From the NCBI GenBank assembly GCA_944350305.1, contig CALVOO010000002.1:1-49490 (forward strand): a stretch of 49,490 nt of DNA, given 5' to 3'. The DNA is from an uncultured Bacilli bacterium (GTDB lineage: Bacteria > Bacillota_I > Bacilli_A > RF39 > UBA660). A program made the position numbers and the translations under genes. The notes under the pieces are model-generated. The model ran no database searches, was not told where the DNA came from, and saw nothing but the letters and a program-made list of their open reading frames with translations. Positions 9,053 through 18,866 of the stretch are shown one piece after another. The first letter of the stretch is position 1. The number at the start of each line of letters is the position of its first letter.

Positions 9053-10240
9053 ATGTTAAAAATAATGTGGCTAATAACTATTATACTCTTATCACGTTTG
9101 GGAGTGCGAATAGCGCAACGAATAAACTTCAACAATTTCAAAATAAAAAAAATATCAAAAAAAATTGATAAAGACGGACTTTTTATGTCACTAGGCACAA
9201 AAATAGGTGTGGGCTCAATAATAGGAACAGCATCAAGCATACTAATAGGCGGAGCAGGGGCATTATTTTGGATTTGGATATTCACAATAATTTTTTCAAG
9301 TATAATATATGCAGAAAGTTATTTAGGGAACAAATATAAAGACAAGAAAAACAACATAAGTGGACCTTATTTTTACATAAAAAAAGGATTAAATAAAAAC
9401 AAACTAGCAACATTTATAACGATACTTTTAATAGCGGCTTATTCACACTTTTTTTTAATGATACAAACTAACACAATAGTAGAAATAATGCATAATAATA
9501 TTTATGTAATAATAATTTCGATTATTTTTTTAGTCATAACAATCATATTAAACACAAAAGAAATGTTAAAAATTTTAAACAAAATAGTACCTTTAATGTG
9601 TTTAATATACATAATTTTAGGACTAACAATAATAATAAATAACTATAACATAATTATAGAAATCACAAAACAAATAATATTTGAAGCATTTAGTTACAAA
9701 GGAATAGCTATAGGATTAATTATAGGTATAAAAAGAAGCATTTTTCAGAGCGAATTACTAATAGGGACAACTGCTGTAGCAAGTGGAATAAGCAACGAAA
9801 AAAGCGAGTCAGTAGCATATACGCAAGTACTAGGAATGTACTTTATAAGCTTTGTAATTTGTACTTTAACAGCATATGTAATACTTATATATAAAGAGCA
9901 CAATTTAACAACATTTAATTCCTATAACGAATTATTATTAAACGTTTTTAATTACCATTTAGGGAACCTTGGAATTATATTATTAATAATGGAAATAATT
10001 TTATTTTCGATAACAACTATACTAAGTGGATTTTATATGGGAGAAAGTATCACAAAACATTTTACAAATAACAAAATAATGATTATTGCGATAAAAATAA
10101 CAATGCTATTATCAAGCATAATAGGACTAATAGTGCGAAATAGCATAATATGGTTGCTAATAGATAGCATCCTGTTTATAATAATAGTACTAAACGGATA
10201 TGCAATTAATAAATTAAAAGGAGAGGTAAATGATAGGTAA
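9053..10240 (+). CDS. alanine/glycine:cation symporter (AGCS) family transporter, short divergent member
   Basis: Polytopic membrane protein. GTKIGVGSIIGTASSILIGGAGALFWIWI resembles the AGCS signature (VGTGNIAGVA..GGPGAxFWMW). 395 aa is shorter than the usual ~450+. No clear SD. Confidence 0.55.
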   Translation: MLKIMWLITIILLSRLGVRIAQRINFNNFKIKKISKKIDKDGLFMSLGTKIGVGSIIGTASSILIGGAGALFWIWIFTIIFSSIIYAESYLGNKYKDKKNNISGPYFYIKKGLNKNKLATFITILLIAAYSHFFLMIQTNTIVEIMHNNIYVIIISIIFLVITIILNTKEMLKILNKIVPLMCLIYIILGLTIIINNYNIIIEITKQIIFEAFSYKGIAIGLIIGIKRSIFQSELLIGTTAVASGISNEKSESVAYTQVLGMYFISFVICTLTAYVILIYKEHNLTTFNSYNELLLNVFNYHLGNLGIILLIMEIILFSITTILSGFYMGESITKHFTNNKIMIIAIKITMLLSSIIGLIVRNSIIWLLIDSILFIIIVLNGYAINKLKGEVNDR

Positions 10241-10889
10241 CGATTGGGATAACAAATTAAAAGTAATATGGGAAAGTCCAGGATTTAAAAAATTTATGGA
10301 AAAAATAGAACACGAATACAAAACAAAAACATGTTATCCAGCATATGAAAATATTTTTAATGCACTTAAAATGACCCCCTATGAAAAAGTAAAAGTTGTA
10401 ATAATTGGCCAAGACCCGTATCATGGCGAAGGACAAGCCCATGGACTTTCATTTTCAGTACAAAAAGGAATTGCCAAGCCGCCCAGTTTACAAAACATAT
10501 TTAAAGAATTAAAAGACGATTTAGACATACCAATTTCAGAAAATGGAGATTTAACAAAATGGGCAAAAGAAGGAGTACTACTTTTAAACAGCATTTTAAC
10601 AGTAGAAAAAAATAAACCACTTTCACATAAAGATTATGGATGGCAATTACTAACAGACCATATAATAAAGATATTAAACCAAAAAAATACACCAATAGTC
10701 TTTATATTATGGGGATCATTTGCTAGAAGCAAAAAGACATTTATTACAAATTCTAAACATCTAATAATAGAAAGTGCACATCCATCACCACTATCAGCAT
10801 ATAATGGATTTTTTGGAAGCAAACCATTTTCAAAAACAAATCAATTTTTAAAAGCAAACAAAATAAAAGAAGTAGATTTTAAATTGTAA
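10230..10889 (+). CDS. ung: uracil-DNA glycosylase
   Basis: GQDPYHG water-activating loop and the HPSPLSA motif. 219 aa. Confidence 0.95.
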   Translation: MIGNDWDNKLKVIWESPGFKKFMEKIEHEYKTKTCYPAYENIFNALKMTPYEKVKVVIIGQDPYHGEGQAHGLSFSVQKGIAKPPSLQNIFKELKDDLDIPISENGDLTKWAKEGVLLLNSILTVEKNKPLSHKDYGWQLLTDHIIKILNQKNTPIVFILWGSFARSKKTFITNSKHLIIESAHPSPLSAYNGFFGSKPFSKTNQFLKANKIKEVDFKL

Positions 10890-11424
10890 TCTCTGCTTCT
10901 TTTTTGAATTCTAAATCATACAAACTCTTAGATTTAAATCTTTTAAACTTAGAAATAATATTTTTAGGGAATGCCTTTAAATATTTATTATAAATAGCAA
11001 CATACTTATTATTCATAGTTTTAACTCCACCTAATAAACAATCACATTCTTCGATATCCTTAATAATTCCAGAATAACTTTTTACCTTATCAAGCTCATC
11101 ATAGTCTTCAGATATCCTTTTCACTTCATTGAAAGTACTATTTAAAATCAAATCCTTTTCATTATTTCTTAAATTATTACTATTAATTTTTTTAAATTCA
11201 TCAAAAACTTTTGTATCAATTTTTAACTGTTTTTCAATAATATTAATCGCACGACTTAACAAATCTTGCTTATTTTTTAAAGTTTCAGTTATCTTATTCT
11301 CACTAACATTAACTTTATATAGAACTTCAACAATAGAATTATAATTAATGACAACAAACAATGCTATTACACAAAATATCAAAGTAACAATTGCCAAAAC
11401 TAATAAAACTTCTAATATATACAT
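10879..11424 (-). CDS. LemA-like membrane protein (divergent)
   Basis: A single N-terminal TM segment followed by INYNSIVE...NKQDLLSRAINII, which parallels the LemA pattern YNxLV...RRxDLIPNLV. 181 aa. Confidence 0.5.
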   Translation of the reverse strand: MYILEVLLVLAIVTLIFCVIALFVVINYNSIVEVLYKVNVSENKITETLKNKQDLLSRAINIIEKQLKIDTKVFDEFKKINSNNLRNNEKDLILNSTFNEVKRISEDYDELDKVKSYSGIIKDIEECDCLLGGVKTMNNKYVAIYNKYLKAFPKNIISKFKRFKSKSLYDLEFKKEAEITI

Positions 11425-11475
11425 ATTTTACTCCTTATATTGTTATTCTATCATAAAATTAATCAAAAATACAGC

Positions 11476-11802
11476 TTATAATTTATAATTTATTTTTTCA
11501 TTAAACTCTACATAATCCAAATAAATCATCAAAAGCAAATACCACTTACCAGTAGATGGATCACTAATAATTAAATGATCACGTCCAGCTTGTTCAATAA
11601 TACCAGTATACATTTTATCACGCCACTCTACAGAATCGCTATATGACATATAAACATTAACTTTTTTGCCTTTATTTAGTCTCAAAATATTTTCAATATA
11701 ACTTTGTTCCATAGGCAAATCATCATTACCAAAGTTATCTGCAGGCCTCATATGATCAAAATCTGCGTTATACATGGCATTTTTATAATAACTTCCATTC
11801 AT
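11476..11802 (-). CDS. gerQ: spore coat protein GerQ (YwdL) family
   Basis: MEQSYIENILRLNKGKKVNVYMSY...EQAGRDHLIISDPSTGKWYLLLMIYLDYVEF closely matches the conserved C-terminal GerQ domain. It lacks the Q-rich N-terminus of B. subtilis GerQ. Confidence 0.8.
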   Translation of the reverse strand: MNGSYYKNAMYNADFDHMRPADNFGNDDLPMEQSYIENILRLNKGKKVNVYMSYSDSVEWRDKMYTGIIEQAGRDHLIISDPSTGKWYLLLMIYLDYVEFNEKINYKL

Positions 11803-11824
11803 AAAATCACTCCTTTTCTAAAAA

Positions 11825-11852
11825 AATATATGCTTAATCTTTAAAAATATGT
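11825..11852 (-). promoter_or_regulatory. possible mother-cell sigma (sigE/sigK-like) promoter of gerQ
   Basis: The minus strand reads ACATATT, 13 nt, then CATATATT. This resembles the sigE consensus (kmATATT ... CATACAnT). It lies just upstream of the gerQ SD. Confidence 0.3.
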
Positions 11853-11860
11853 TTATATAA

Positions 11861-11869
11861 TGTTATAAT
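11861..11869 (+). promoter_or_regulatory. extended -10 promoter (TGtTATAAT) of pduL-prfB
   Basis: TGTTATAAT at 11861-11869, 18 nt upstream of the pduL ATG and followed by SD AGGTGA. Confidence 0.45.
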
Positions 11870-11886
11870 AAAAAATAGGTGATAAC

Positions 11887-12459
11887 ATGAAAATTAAAGT
11901 TGGAATAAGTAATAGACACGTACATTTAAAACAAGAAGATTTAGACAAACTGTTTGGTGAAAATTACGAATTATCAATAAGAAATAAAATTAGCCAAATA
12001 GGAGAATATGCATCATTCGAAACAGTAAGCATAAAAACAGACAAAGCAACAATAGATAACGTAAGAGTTTTAGGCCCTATTAGAAATTATACGCAAGTAG
12101 AAATAAGTAGGACAGATGCTTACAAATTAGGGATTAATCCACCAGTTAGAGAAAGTGGTGACTTATTGGGGGCAGAAACAGTAGAAATAGTCGGACCAAA
12201 AGGAAGCGTCATTGCAAAAGAAAGCACAATAATTGCCGAAAGACATATACATATAAATACAAACGAACTAGAACAATACGGTTTACAAAATGGCGAAGTA
12301 GTAAAAATAAAAATAGATGGGATAAAAGGTGGAATCATAAACAATGTAAAAATAAAGTCGAAAGACACATACACATTTGAATTACATCTAGACACTGACG
12401 AAGGGAACGCATTTTTATTAAACAATGGTGACATAGTTGATATAATCAAAGGAGAGTAA
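11887..12459 (+). CDS. pduL: phosphate propanoyl/acetyl-transferase PduL
   Basis: Two PduL repeats, with GISNRHVHL at the N-terminus and AERHIHI in the second half. 190 aa. Confidence 0.85.
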   Translation: MKIKVGISNRHVHLKQEDLDKLFGENYELSIRNKISQIGEYASFETVSIKTDKATIDNVRVLGPIRNYTQVEISRTDAYKLGINPPVRESGDLLGAETVEIVGPKGSVIAKESTIIAERHIHINTNELEQYGLQNGEVVKIKIDGIKGGIINNVKIKSKDTYTFELHLDTDEGNAFLLNNGDIVDIIKGE

Positions 12460-12460
12460 T

Positions 12461-13535
12461 ATGGAAGAAGCAAAGAATGATTTATTAAAATTAAATAAAG
12501 AAATAGAAACAATATGGAGGTCACTTTGACGTTGATGGCCAAGTAGAAAAATTAAAAAAATTAGAAAAAGAATCAGAAGAACCTGATTTTTGGATGAGAA
12601 AAGACTCACAAGATATAATGAGTGAAATTAGTAATACAAAAAAATCTATTGAAGAAATAACAAAATTAAAAGAAGAAACAAAAGGCATGATTGAATTTAC
12701 AGAAATAGAACTAGATGAAGAAATGTTAAATGATTTAAAGCAAAGCATCGATGAAATAAAAACTAAAATTGAAAAGCTAGAATTAGAAGTATTACTGAAC
12801 GGAGAATTTGACCATAATAATGCTTACATGGAAATACATTCAGGCGCAGGCGGAACAGAGTCCAACGATTGGGCTAACATGATAAAAAGAATGTATATTA
12901 GATATTTTGAAAAAAAAGGATACAAATACGAAATAATAAGCGAACAGCCAGGAGAGGAAGTTGGAATCAAAGGAGTAACATTTAAGATAAAAGGTTCAAA
13001 TGTATATGGATACTTAAAAAGCGAAACAGGAGTTCACAGATTAGTTAGAATAAGCCCATTTGACTCAAACAAAAGAAGGCATACATCGTTTGCTTCAGTT
13101 CTAGTAACACCAGAAATAAACACAAATATAGAAATAGACATACAAGAAAAAGACTTAAAAATAGACGTCTACAGAAGTAGCGGAGCTGGAGGACAAAGCG
13201 TTAATACCACAGACTCAGCAGTAAGAATAACACATTTACCAACTGGTATTGTAGTGACCTGTCAAAATGAAAGAAGTCAAATTCAAAATAAAGAAAAAGC
13301 AATAGACATACTAAAACAAAAACTATATATAATAGAAAGAGAAAAAGTAGATAAACAACTAAGCGAATTAAAAGGGTCAGTAATGGATGTAAACTTTGGA
13401 AGTCAAATAAGAAATTATGTAATGCATCCATATTCACTTGTAAAAGACCTAAGAACAAATATAGAAACCTCTAATGTAGACAAAGTATTAGATGGTGATA
13501 TAGAAATATTTATAGAAGGATATCTAAAGAGGTAA
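12461..13535 (+). CDS. prfB: peptide chain release factor 2, requires a programmed +1 frameshift
   Basis: Frame 0 runs from ATG 12461 to an in-frame TGA at 12527 (MEEAKNDLLKLNKEIETIWRSL*). The +1 frame continues DVDGQVEKLKK... into the 12594 ORF, which carries SPF (RISPFDS) and GGQ (SGAGGQSVN). Confidence 0.95.
12518..12530 (+). other. RF2 autoregulatory +1 frameshift site (SD-like AGG.., CTT TGA C)
   Basis: GGAGG at 12516-12520, followed after TCA by CTT TGA C (12524-12530). This is the canonical slippery Leu codon, UGA and C context. Confidence 0.9.
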
Positions 13536-13537
13536 AA

Positions 13538-15022
13538 ATGAAAAAAATAGGGTTTGATGATAAAAAATATAGAGAGTTAACAAAAGAAGAAATAAACAAA
13601 AGATTAAAAAAATTTAGCAACAAATTATATTTAGAGATTGGAGGAAAACTATTTGATGACTTACATGCATCAAGAATTCTGCCAGGTTTTAAATACAACA
13701 GTAAAATAGAAATATTAAAAGAATTAAAAGATAAAACAGAAGTAATTATTTGCATAAGTGCAAAAGATATAGAAAAAAGAAAAATGCGAGCAGACTATGA
13801 TATAACATATGACAAAGATGTAATGAGAATAATTGATAACATAAGAAAAAATGAATTAAAAGTAAATTCTGTTGTAATAACATTATTTGAAAATGAAAAT
13901 TCAGCTATTAATCTAAAAAACAAATTAGAATTTAACGGAATAAAAGTATATATGCATAGTTACACAGAAGGATACCCAGGTGATATAGAAAAAGTCGTAA
14001 GCGAAAACGGATACGGAAAAAATGAATACATAGAAACAGAAAAACCACTAGTCGTAGTTACCGCACCAGGGCCAGGTAGTGGAAAATTAGCGACCTGCTT
14101 ATCACAGCTTTATCATGAATATAAAAGAAAAAACAAAGCTGGATATGCAAAATTTGAAACATTTCCAGTATGGAATTTACCACTAAAACATCCAGTCAAC
14201 ATTGCATATGAAGTAGCAACGGCCGATTTAAAAGATGTAAATATGATAGATTCATTTCATCTAGAACATTACGGCGAAACAGCAGTTAACTACAATAGAG
14301 ACATAGAAACATTTCCAATTTTAAGAAAAATATTAAAAGAAATAACAAAAGAAGAAATTTACCACAGTCCTACAGACATGGGTATTAACATGATAGGCTT
14401 TGCAATAACGAACGAAAAAGTAATAATAAATGCTTGTGTTGACGAAATAATTAGAAGATACTATAAAAGTTTAGTTTCATACAAAATGGGAGAACAACCT
14501 ATTGAAGTTACAGAAAGAATAAAAATACTAATGAATGAACTTAACATAGATGTAAACAAAAGGAAAGTAGTTAAATATGCTCACAAAAAGCAAGAAGAAA
14601 AAAAGTCTCATTCAATGGCAATAGAATTAGAAGATGGTACAATCATAACAGGAAGAACAACGAACATTATGAGTGCTCCAGCAAGCACGCTTATAAACGC
14701 GCTTAAATACATAACAAACTTAGATGAAGATGTATACATTATATCTCCACTAGTAATCGAACCAATGTTAAAAATTAAAAAAGACTTGTTTCACAAAAAC
14801 GAAGTCTTAAACTTACAAGAAATATTATTAGCACTTTCAATAAACGCTGCAACAAACCCAATAATAGCAAAAATGCTAGAAAGTTTAAACAAACTAAACA
14901 ACTGTGAAGCACATGCAACTTACATATTAACAAACGGAGACGCAAAACCACTAAAACAACTAAAAATAAATTACACATGTGACCCAGAGTTTAAATCAAA
15001 TGACCTATTTATTAACGACTAA
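13538..15022 (+). CDS. UPF0371/DUF1846 family protein
   Basis: 494 aa. An N-terminus of GFDDKKYRELTKEEI...LYLEIGGKLFDDLHASRILPGF is characteristic of DUF1846 proteins of Firmicutes. Function unknown. Confidence 0.7.
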   Translation: MKKIGFDDKKYRELTKEEINKRLKKFSNKLYLEIGGKLFDDLHASRILPGFKYNSKIEILKELKDKTEVIICISAKDIEKRKMRADYDITYDKDVMRIIDNIRKNELKVNSVVITLFENENSAINLKNKLEFNGIKVYMHSYTEGYPGDIEKVVSENGYGKNEYIETEKPLVVVTAPGPGSGKLATCLSQLYHEYKRKNKAGYAKFETFPVWNLPLKHPVNIAYEVATADLKDVNMIDSFHLEHYGETAVNYNRDIETFPILRKILKEITKEEIYHSPTDMGINMIGFAITNEKVIINACVDEIIRRYYKSLVSYKMGEQPIEVTERIKILMNELNIDVNKRKVVKYAHKKQEEKKSHSMAIELEDGTIITGRTTNIMSAPASTLINALKYITNLDEDVYIISPLVIEPMLKIKKDLFHKNEVLNLQEILLALSINAATNPIIAKMLESLNKLNNCEAHATYILTNGDAKPLKQLKINYTCDPEFKSNDLFIND

Positions 15023-16241
15023 AAGTTCTATGAACTTTTTTTCTTTTACGAGTTTTCTTCTTTAAAACAAATATAAAATACAAAATTGCAATAGCAAGTA
15101 AAATATACCATTTATATTTCCAAGCAACTTTAAAATAATTAGCATTAATTTCACTTAGCAAAAATACATCGACAGAAGTTAAAAGAACATCATCATAATA
15201 AACATCCACTGTACCAAGTTTATCATTAACATTATTTTTATAACTAATTTCATTTAAACCATTATACTTAAAAGAAATCATTTCTTCATCAAAATCATCA
15301 GGCAAAAAAACCTTAATTGCATCCTTAGTAACTATATCATACTCATTAATATCACTATAATAAACAGGAATTGAAGTAATCGGTTCATTCTTATTTAATA
15401 CAGATTGATAGCCAAAATTATCATTTACAAAATCAATTATATCAACAGCATCACTAACATTATAATAATTATCATTAACCCTAGGTGCATTAAGAGTAAC
15501 TGCAATCAAATCATGATCATCAGATTTAAAATAAATACTAATACAATAACCAGCATCATCAGTAAAACCAGTTTTACTTCCCAAAATAAGAGAAGTATCC
15601 AAATCCATAATTTTATTATAAAAATTAACAGAAGCACTAACTTTCAATCCATTAGTTAAAGTATAATTCCTAGTAGTATAAATTTCTTTGAAAATTTCAT
15701 TATTCAAAGAATATTTCAACAACTTAATAACGTCATCAACACTACTATAATGATTATCTTCATCAAGCCCCGTTACATTTTCATAATGAGTACTATTAAG
15801 ACCTAAACTTTTAGCTTTAGCATTCATCAGTTCAACATAACCATCTATAGATCCAGCGATAGAAATTGCAAGAGCATTAGTAGCATCCGCGCCAGATGGA
15901 AGCATAGCCGCATATAATAAATCTCTATAAGTAACAACATCACCGACTTCTAAACCAGCGACAGACGCATCCCAACTAACAGTATTCAAAATTTTACTTG
16001 TAATAGTTACAGATTCATCTAAATCACTAACATTTTCAATAGCAACTAAAACAGTCATAATTTTAGTTAAAGAAGCAATTTCAGTTTCAACATCACTATT
16101 TAAAGAAAACAGCATTTTATCATCAGTTAAATCATAAATACCATAATATTTAGAATATAAATCAGGACTTTCAAGAGCGCTCACTAAAAATGGTATAAAT
16201 AAAAATAGAATAAAAAACGTTTTTAAAAAAATCTTCTTCAT
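15012..16241 (-). CDS. D-alanyl-D-alanine carboxypeptidase (peptidase S11, PBP5-type) with C-terminal membrane anchor
   Basis: Signal peptide. SxxK motif (ASLTKIMT), SxN-like LPSGAD and KTG (SKTGFT). A C-terminal TM segment followed by a basic tail. Confidence 0.85.
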   Translation of the reverse strand: MKKIFLKTFFILFLFIPFLVSALESPDLYSKYYGIYDLTDDKMLFSLNSDVETEIASLTKIMTVLVAIENVSDLDESVTITSKILNTVSWDASVAGLEVGDVVTYRDLLYAAMLPSGADATNALAISIAGSIDGYVELMNAKAKSLGLNSTHYENVTGLDEDNHYSSVDDVIKLLKYSLNNEIFKEIYTTRNYTLTNGLKVSASVNFYNKIMDLDTSLILGSKTGFTDDAGYCISIYFKSDDHDLIAVTLNAPRVNDNYYNVSDAVDIIDFVNDNFGYQSVLNKNEPITSIPVYYSDINEYDIVTKDAIKVFLPDDFDEEMISFKYNGLNEISYKNNVNDKLGTVDVYYDDVLLTSVDVFLLSEINANYFKVAWKYKWYILLAIAILYFIFVLKKKTRKRKKVHRTFSR

Positions 16242-16369
16242 ACTTACCTCTATAATATATAAGTATACTTATGAAAAAAGTATGTGTCAAACCTTAGTTA
16301 GTAATAAATATGTCCATTTTACAAAATAAACTACTCATGATATAATACTACAAGAAAGGTAAAGAAAAT

Positions 16370-17260
16370 ATGAAAACTATACGCAGAAAAATAAGCGATT
16401 TTTTATATAGATACTTTATATGCATTATAGGTTTAACTATAATGGCTATTTCTTACAATTTATTTTACGTTCCAAACAATTACGTAACAGGTGGCGTAAC
16501 AGGTTTATCAATAATATTTGGAGAAATAACGCCAATAAGCCCAAATGTGTTTATATTGATAGGAAACATATTTCTAATTGTACTGAGCATTGCAGTATTA
16601 GGCCCCAAAAAATCAGTTTACAATATAATTGGAGCGATAACATTTACCACTGCAGTATACTTAACTGGAAACATAAGTGAGATAATAAAATTAAACTTTG
16701 ATAACTCAGTTTTCTATGTACTATGTGCAGGTGTAACAATGGGTGTAGGCGCAGGAATAGTATATAAAGTAAACTTTACCTCAGGTGGGACAGATGTATT
16801 AGTAAGCATTTTCAACGAAAGATTCAAAAAACCTGTAGGGCAAACAGGTTTATATATAAATGGATTAATCATAATTTTTGGTACATATATATTTGGCTTT
16901 GAAATGCTAATAAGCGCAATAATAATAAAATATATCGAATCATTACTAGTAGACAAAATATTACTTGGAATATCAGATAGCAAAATGCTATTAATAAACA
17001 CAACAAAAGAAGACGAAGTGAAAAAATATTTAATAAAAAGTGTAGAAAGTGGCATAACACTACTAAATGGAAAAGGTGGATATACAAACAAAAATCATGA
17101 CATAATAATGTGTATTGTAAGGACAGATAATTATTATAAAGTCAAAGAAGAGATAAAAGAAATAGATCCATACGCATTCATAATAGTAAGTGATTGCTAT
17201 GAAGTATTTGGAGGAACAAAGAAAAAGAAAAAATTACCAATAAAAATAAAAAAAAGATAA
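16370..17260 (+). CDS. YitT-family membrane protein (DUF2179 C-terminal domain)
   Basis: Multi-TM N-terminal part with GGVTGLSII and GGTD motifs, plus a soluble C-terminal DUF2179-like domain. Preceded by TGaTATAAT. Confidence 0.75.
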   Translation: MKTIRRKISDFLYRYFICIIGLTIMAISYNLFYVPNNYVTGGVTGLSIIFGEITPISPNVFILIGNIFLIVLSIAVLGPKKSVYNIIGAITFTTAVYLTGNISEIIKLNFDNSVFYVLCAGVTMGVGAGIVYKVNFTSGGTDVLVSIFNERFKKPVGQTGLYINGLIIIFGTYIFGFEMLISAIIIKYIESLLVDKILLGISDSKMLLINTTKEDEVKKYLIKSVESGITLLNGKGGYTNKNHDIIMCIVRTDNYYKVKEEIKEIDPYAFIIVSDCYEVFGGTKKKKKLPIKIKKR

Positions 17261-17284
17261 AGTATAATTGAAGTGGAGGTATAA

Positions 17285-17980
17285 ATGAATTTAATAGAGT
17301 TAAAAAATGTATATAAACAATATTCTAATGGCGTTACTGCATTGTGCGATGTGAGCATAGAAATTTCAAAAGGAGAATTTGTATTTGTAATAGGTAAAAC
17401 AGCATCAGGAAAAAGTACGCTTATAAAATTATTATATAGACAAGAAAAACCAAGCAAAGGCGGAGTTTTTGTAGGAGGAATAAACGTAGCAAAATTAAAA
17501 AATCGAAAAGTATACAAATTAAGAAGAAAACTAGGAATAGTATTTCAAGATTACAAATTATTACCTAATCTTACAGTATATGAAAATGTTGCTTTCGCAC
17601 TAGAAATATATGGATTAAGATCAGATGAAGTAAGACAAAAAGTAATGAAAGCATTAGAAAAAGTTGGATTAAAAGAAAAATTTAAAAGTTATCCAGATCA
17701 ACTATCTGGTGGTGAGCAACAACGTGTTTCAATAGCAAGAGCAATAGTGAACGAACCAAAAATATTAATATGTGATGAGCCAACTGGAAATCTAGACCCA
17801 AAGACATCACTAGAAATAATGGAAATAATAAACAAAATTAACGAAGAAGGAACAACAGTAATAATGGCAACACACGACAAAGAAATAGTAAACAAATATA
17901 GAAAAAGAGTTATAACAATAGAAAAAGGAATACTCGTAAGCGACAAAGAGAAAGGGGGATACTTTAATGAAAAAGATTAG
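17285..17980 (+). CDS. ftsE: cell division ATP-binding protein FtsE
   Basis: ABC ATPase. P-loop GKTASGKST, signature LSGGEQQR and Walker B ILICDEPT. Followed by ftsX. Confidence 0.9.
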   Translation: MNLIELKNVYKQYSNGVTALCDVSIEISKGEFVFVIGKTASGKSTLIKLLYRQEKPSKGGVFVGGINVAKLKNRKVYKLRRKLGIVFQDYKLLPNLTVYENVAFALEIYGLRSDEVRQKVMKALEKVGLKEKFKSYPDQLSGGEQQRVSIARAIVNEPKILICDEPTGNLDPKTSLEIMEIINKINEEGTTVIMATHDKEIVNKYRKRVITIEKGILVSDKEKGGYFNEKD

Positions 17981-18866
17981 AATATTTTTTCATTCAATAG
18001 AAGAGGCATTCAAAAGCGTATTTAGAAATGCATCACTTAGTATAGCTAGCATTTCATGTATAGCAATAACTCTAATATTAGTAGCAGTATCAGTAATACT
18101 ATCATATAACGTCAACAGTTTCACAAGCGATATAGAAAAAGATGTAACAATAGTAGCTTTCTTAGATAAAGAAGTGACACAAGAACAAATAGATGAAATA
18201 AAAACAAAAATAACTAATCTAAATAATATTGCAAGCATAGAATTTCAATCAAAACAACAACTAATAGACGAAATGAAAGAAGAAAATGCAGATTTAGAAA
18301 ACATACTTAACCAATACACTGAAGAAACAAACCCATTACAAGACACATATCTAGTGAAAGTTGAAAACATTGAAACAATCGGAAAAACTGCAGAAGAGAT
18401 AGAAAATATCGAGGGTGTTTCCATAGTAAAATACGGTGAAGGAATGGTAGAAGACCTAGTTAACGTATTTGATGTAGTAAAAAACATAACATATATAGTA
18501 GTTATTGGACTAGTATTAGTGACAGCATTCTTAATAAGCAATACAATAAAAATAACAATACAAACAAGAAAAAGACAAATAGAAATAATGAGACTAGTTG
18601 GTGCATCAAACTCATTCATAAAAATACCATTCTTCTTTGAAGGACTTTTACTAGGAGCATTAGGAAGCATAATACCAATCATAGCGTGTTGCTATGGATA
18701 CATGTACTTATACGAAAGATTTAATGGACAATTATTTACACCAATAATAAAATTAGTAAATCCAGATTTAATCATATTTAACATAATATTTTTTGTAATA
18801 GCAATAGGTGTAGTAGTAGGAGCATTAGGTAGTTATCGAGCAGTAAGGAGGTATTTAAAAATATAA
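17967..18866 (+). CDS. ftsX: cell division permease-like protein FtsX
   Basis: 299 aa. One N-terminal TM segment, a large extracytoplasmic loop and three C-terminal TM segments (FtsX topology). Overlaps ftsE. Confidence 0.85.
   Translation: MKKIRIFFHSIEEAFKSVFRNASLSIASISCIAITLILVAVSVILSYNVNSFTSDIEKDVTIVAFLDKEVTQEQIDEIKTKITNLNNIASIEFQSKQQLIDEMKEENADLENILNQYTEETNPLQDTYLVKVENIETIGKTAEEIENIEGVSIVKYGEGMVEDLVNVFDVVKNITYIVVIGLVLVTAFLISNTIKITIQTRKRQIEIMRLVGASNSFIKIPFFFEGLLLGALGSIIPIIACCYGYMYLYERFNGQLFTPIIKLVNPDLIIFNIIFFVIAIGVVVGALGSYRAVRRYLKI

Noticed and set aside
9025-9285. An 86-aa minus-strand ORF, plus alternative-frame + ORFs such as 16420-16680, 41172-41357 and 42034-42282.
   Set aside because: They overlap better-supported transporter, YitT, L15 and SecY coding frames, and have no motifs or SDs.
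12120-12748. Three overlapping minus-strand ORFs (12120-12542, 12418-12609 and 12521-12748) across the pduL-prfB junction.
   Set aside because: They are antisense to pduL and prfB. The apparent coding gap that makes them look plausible is explained by the RF2 +1 frameshift.
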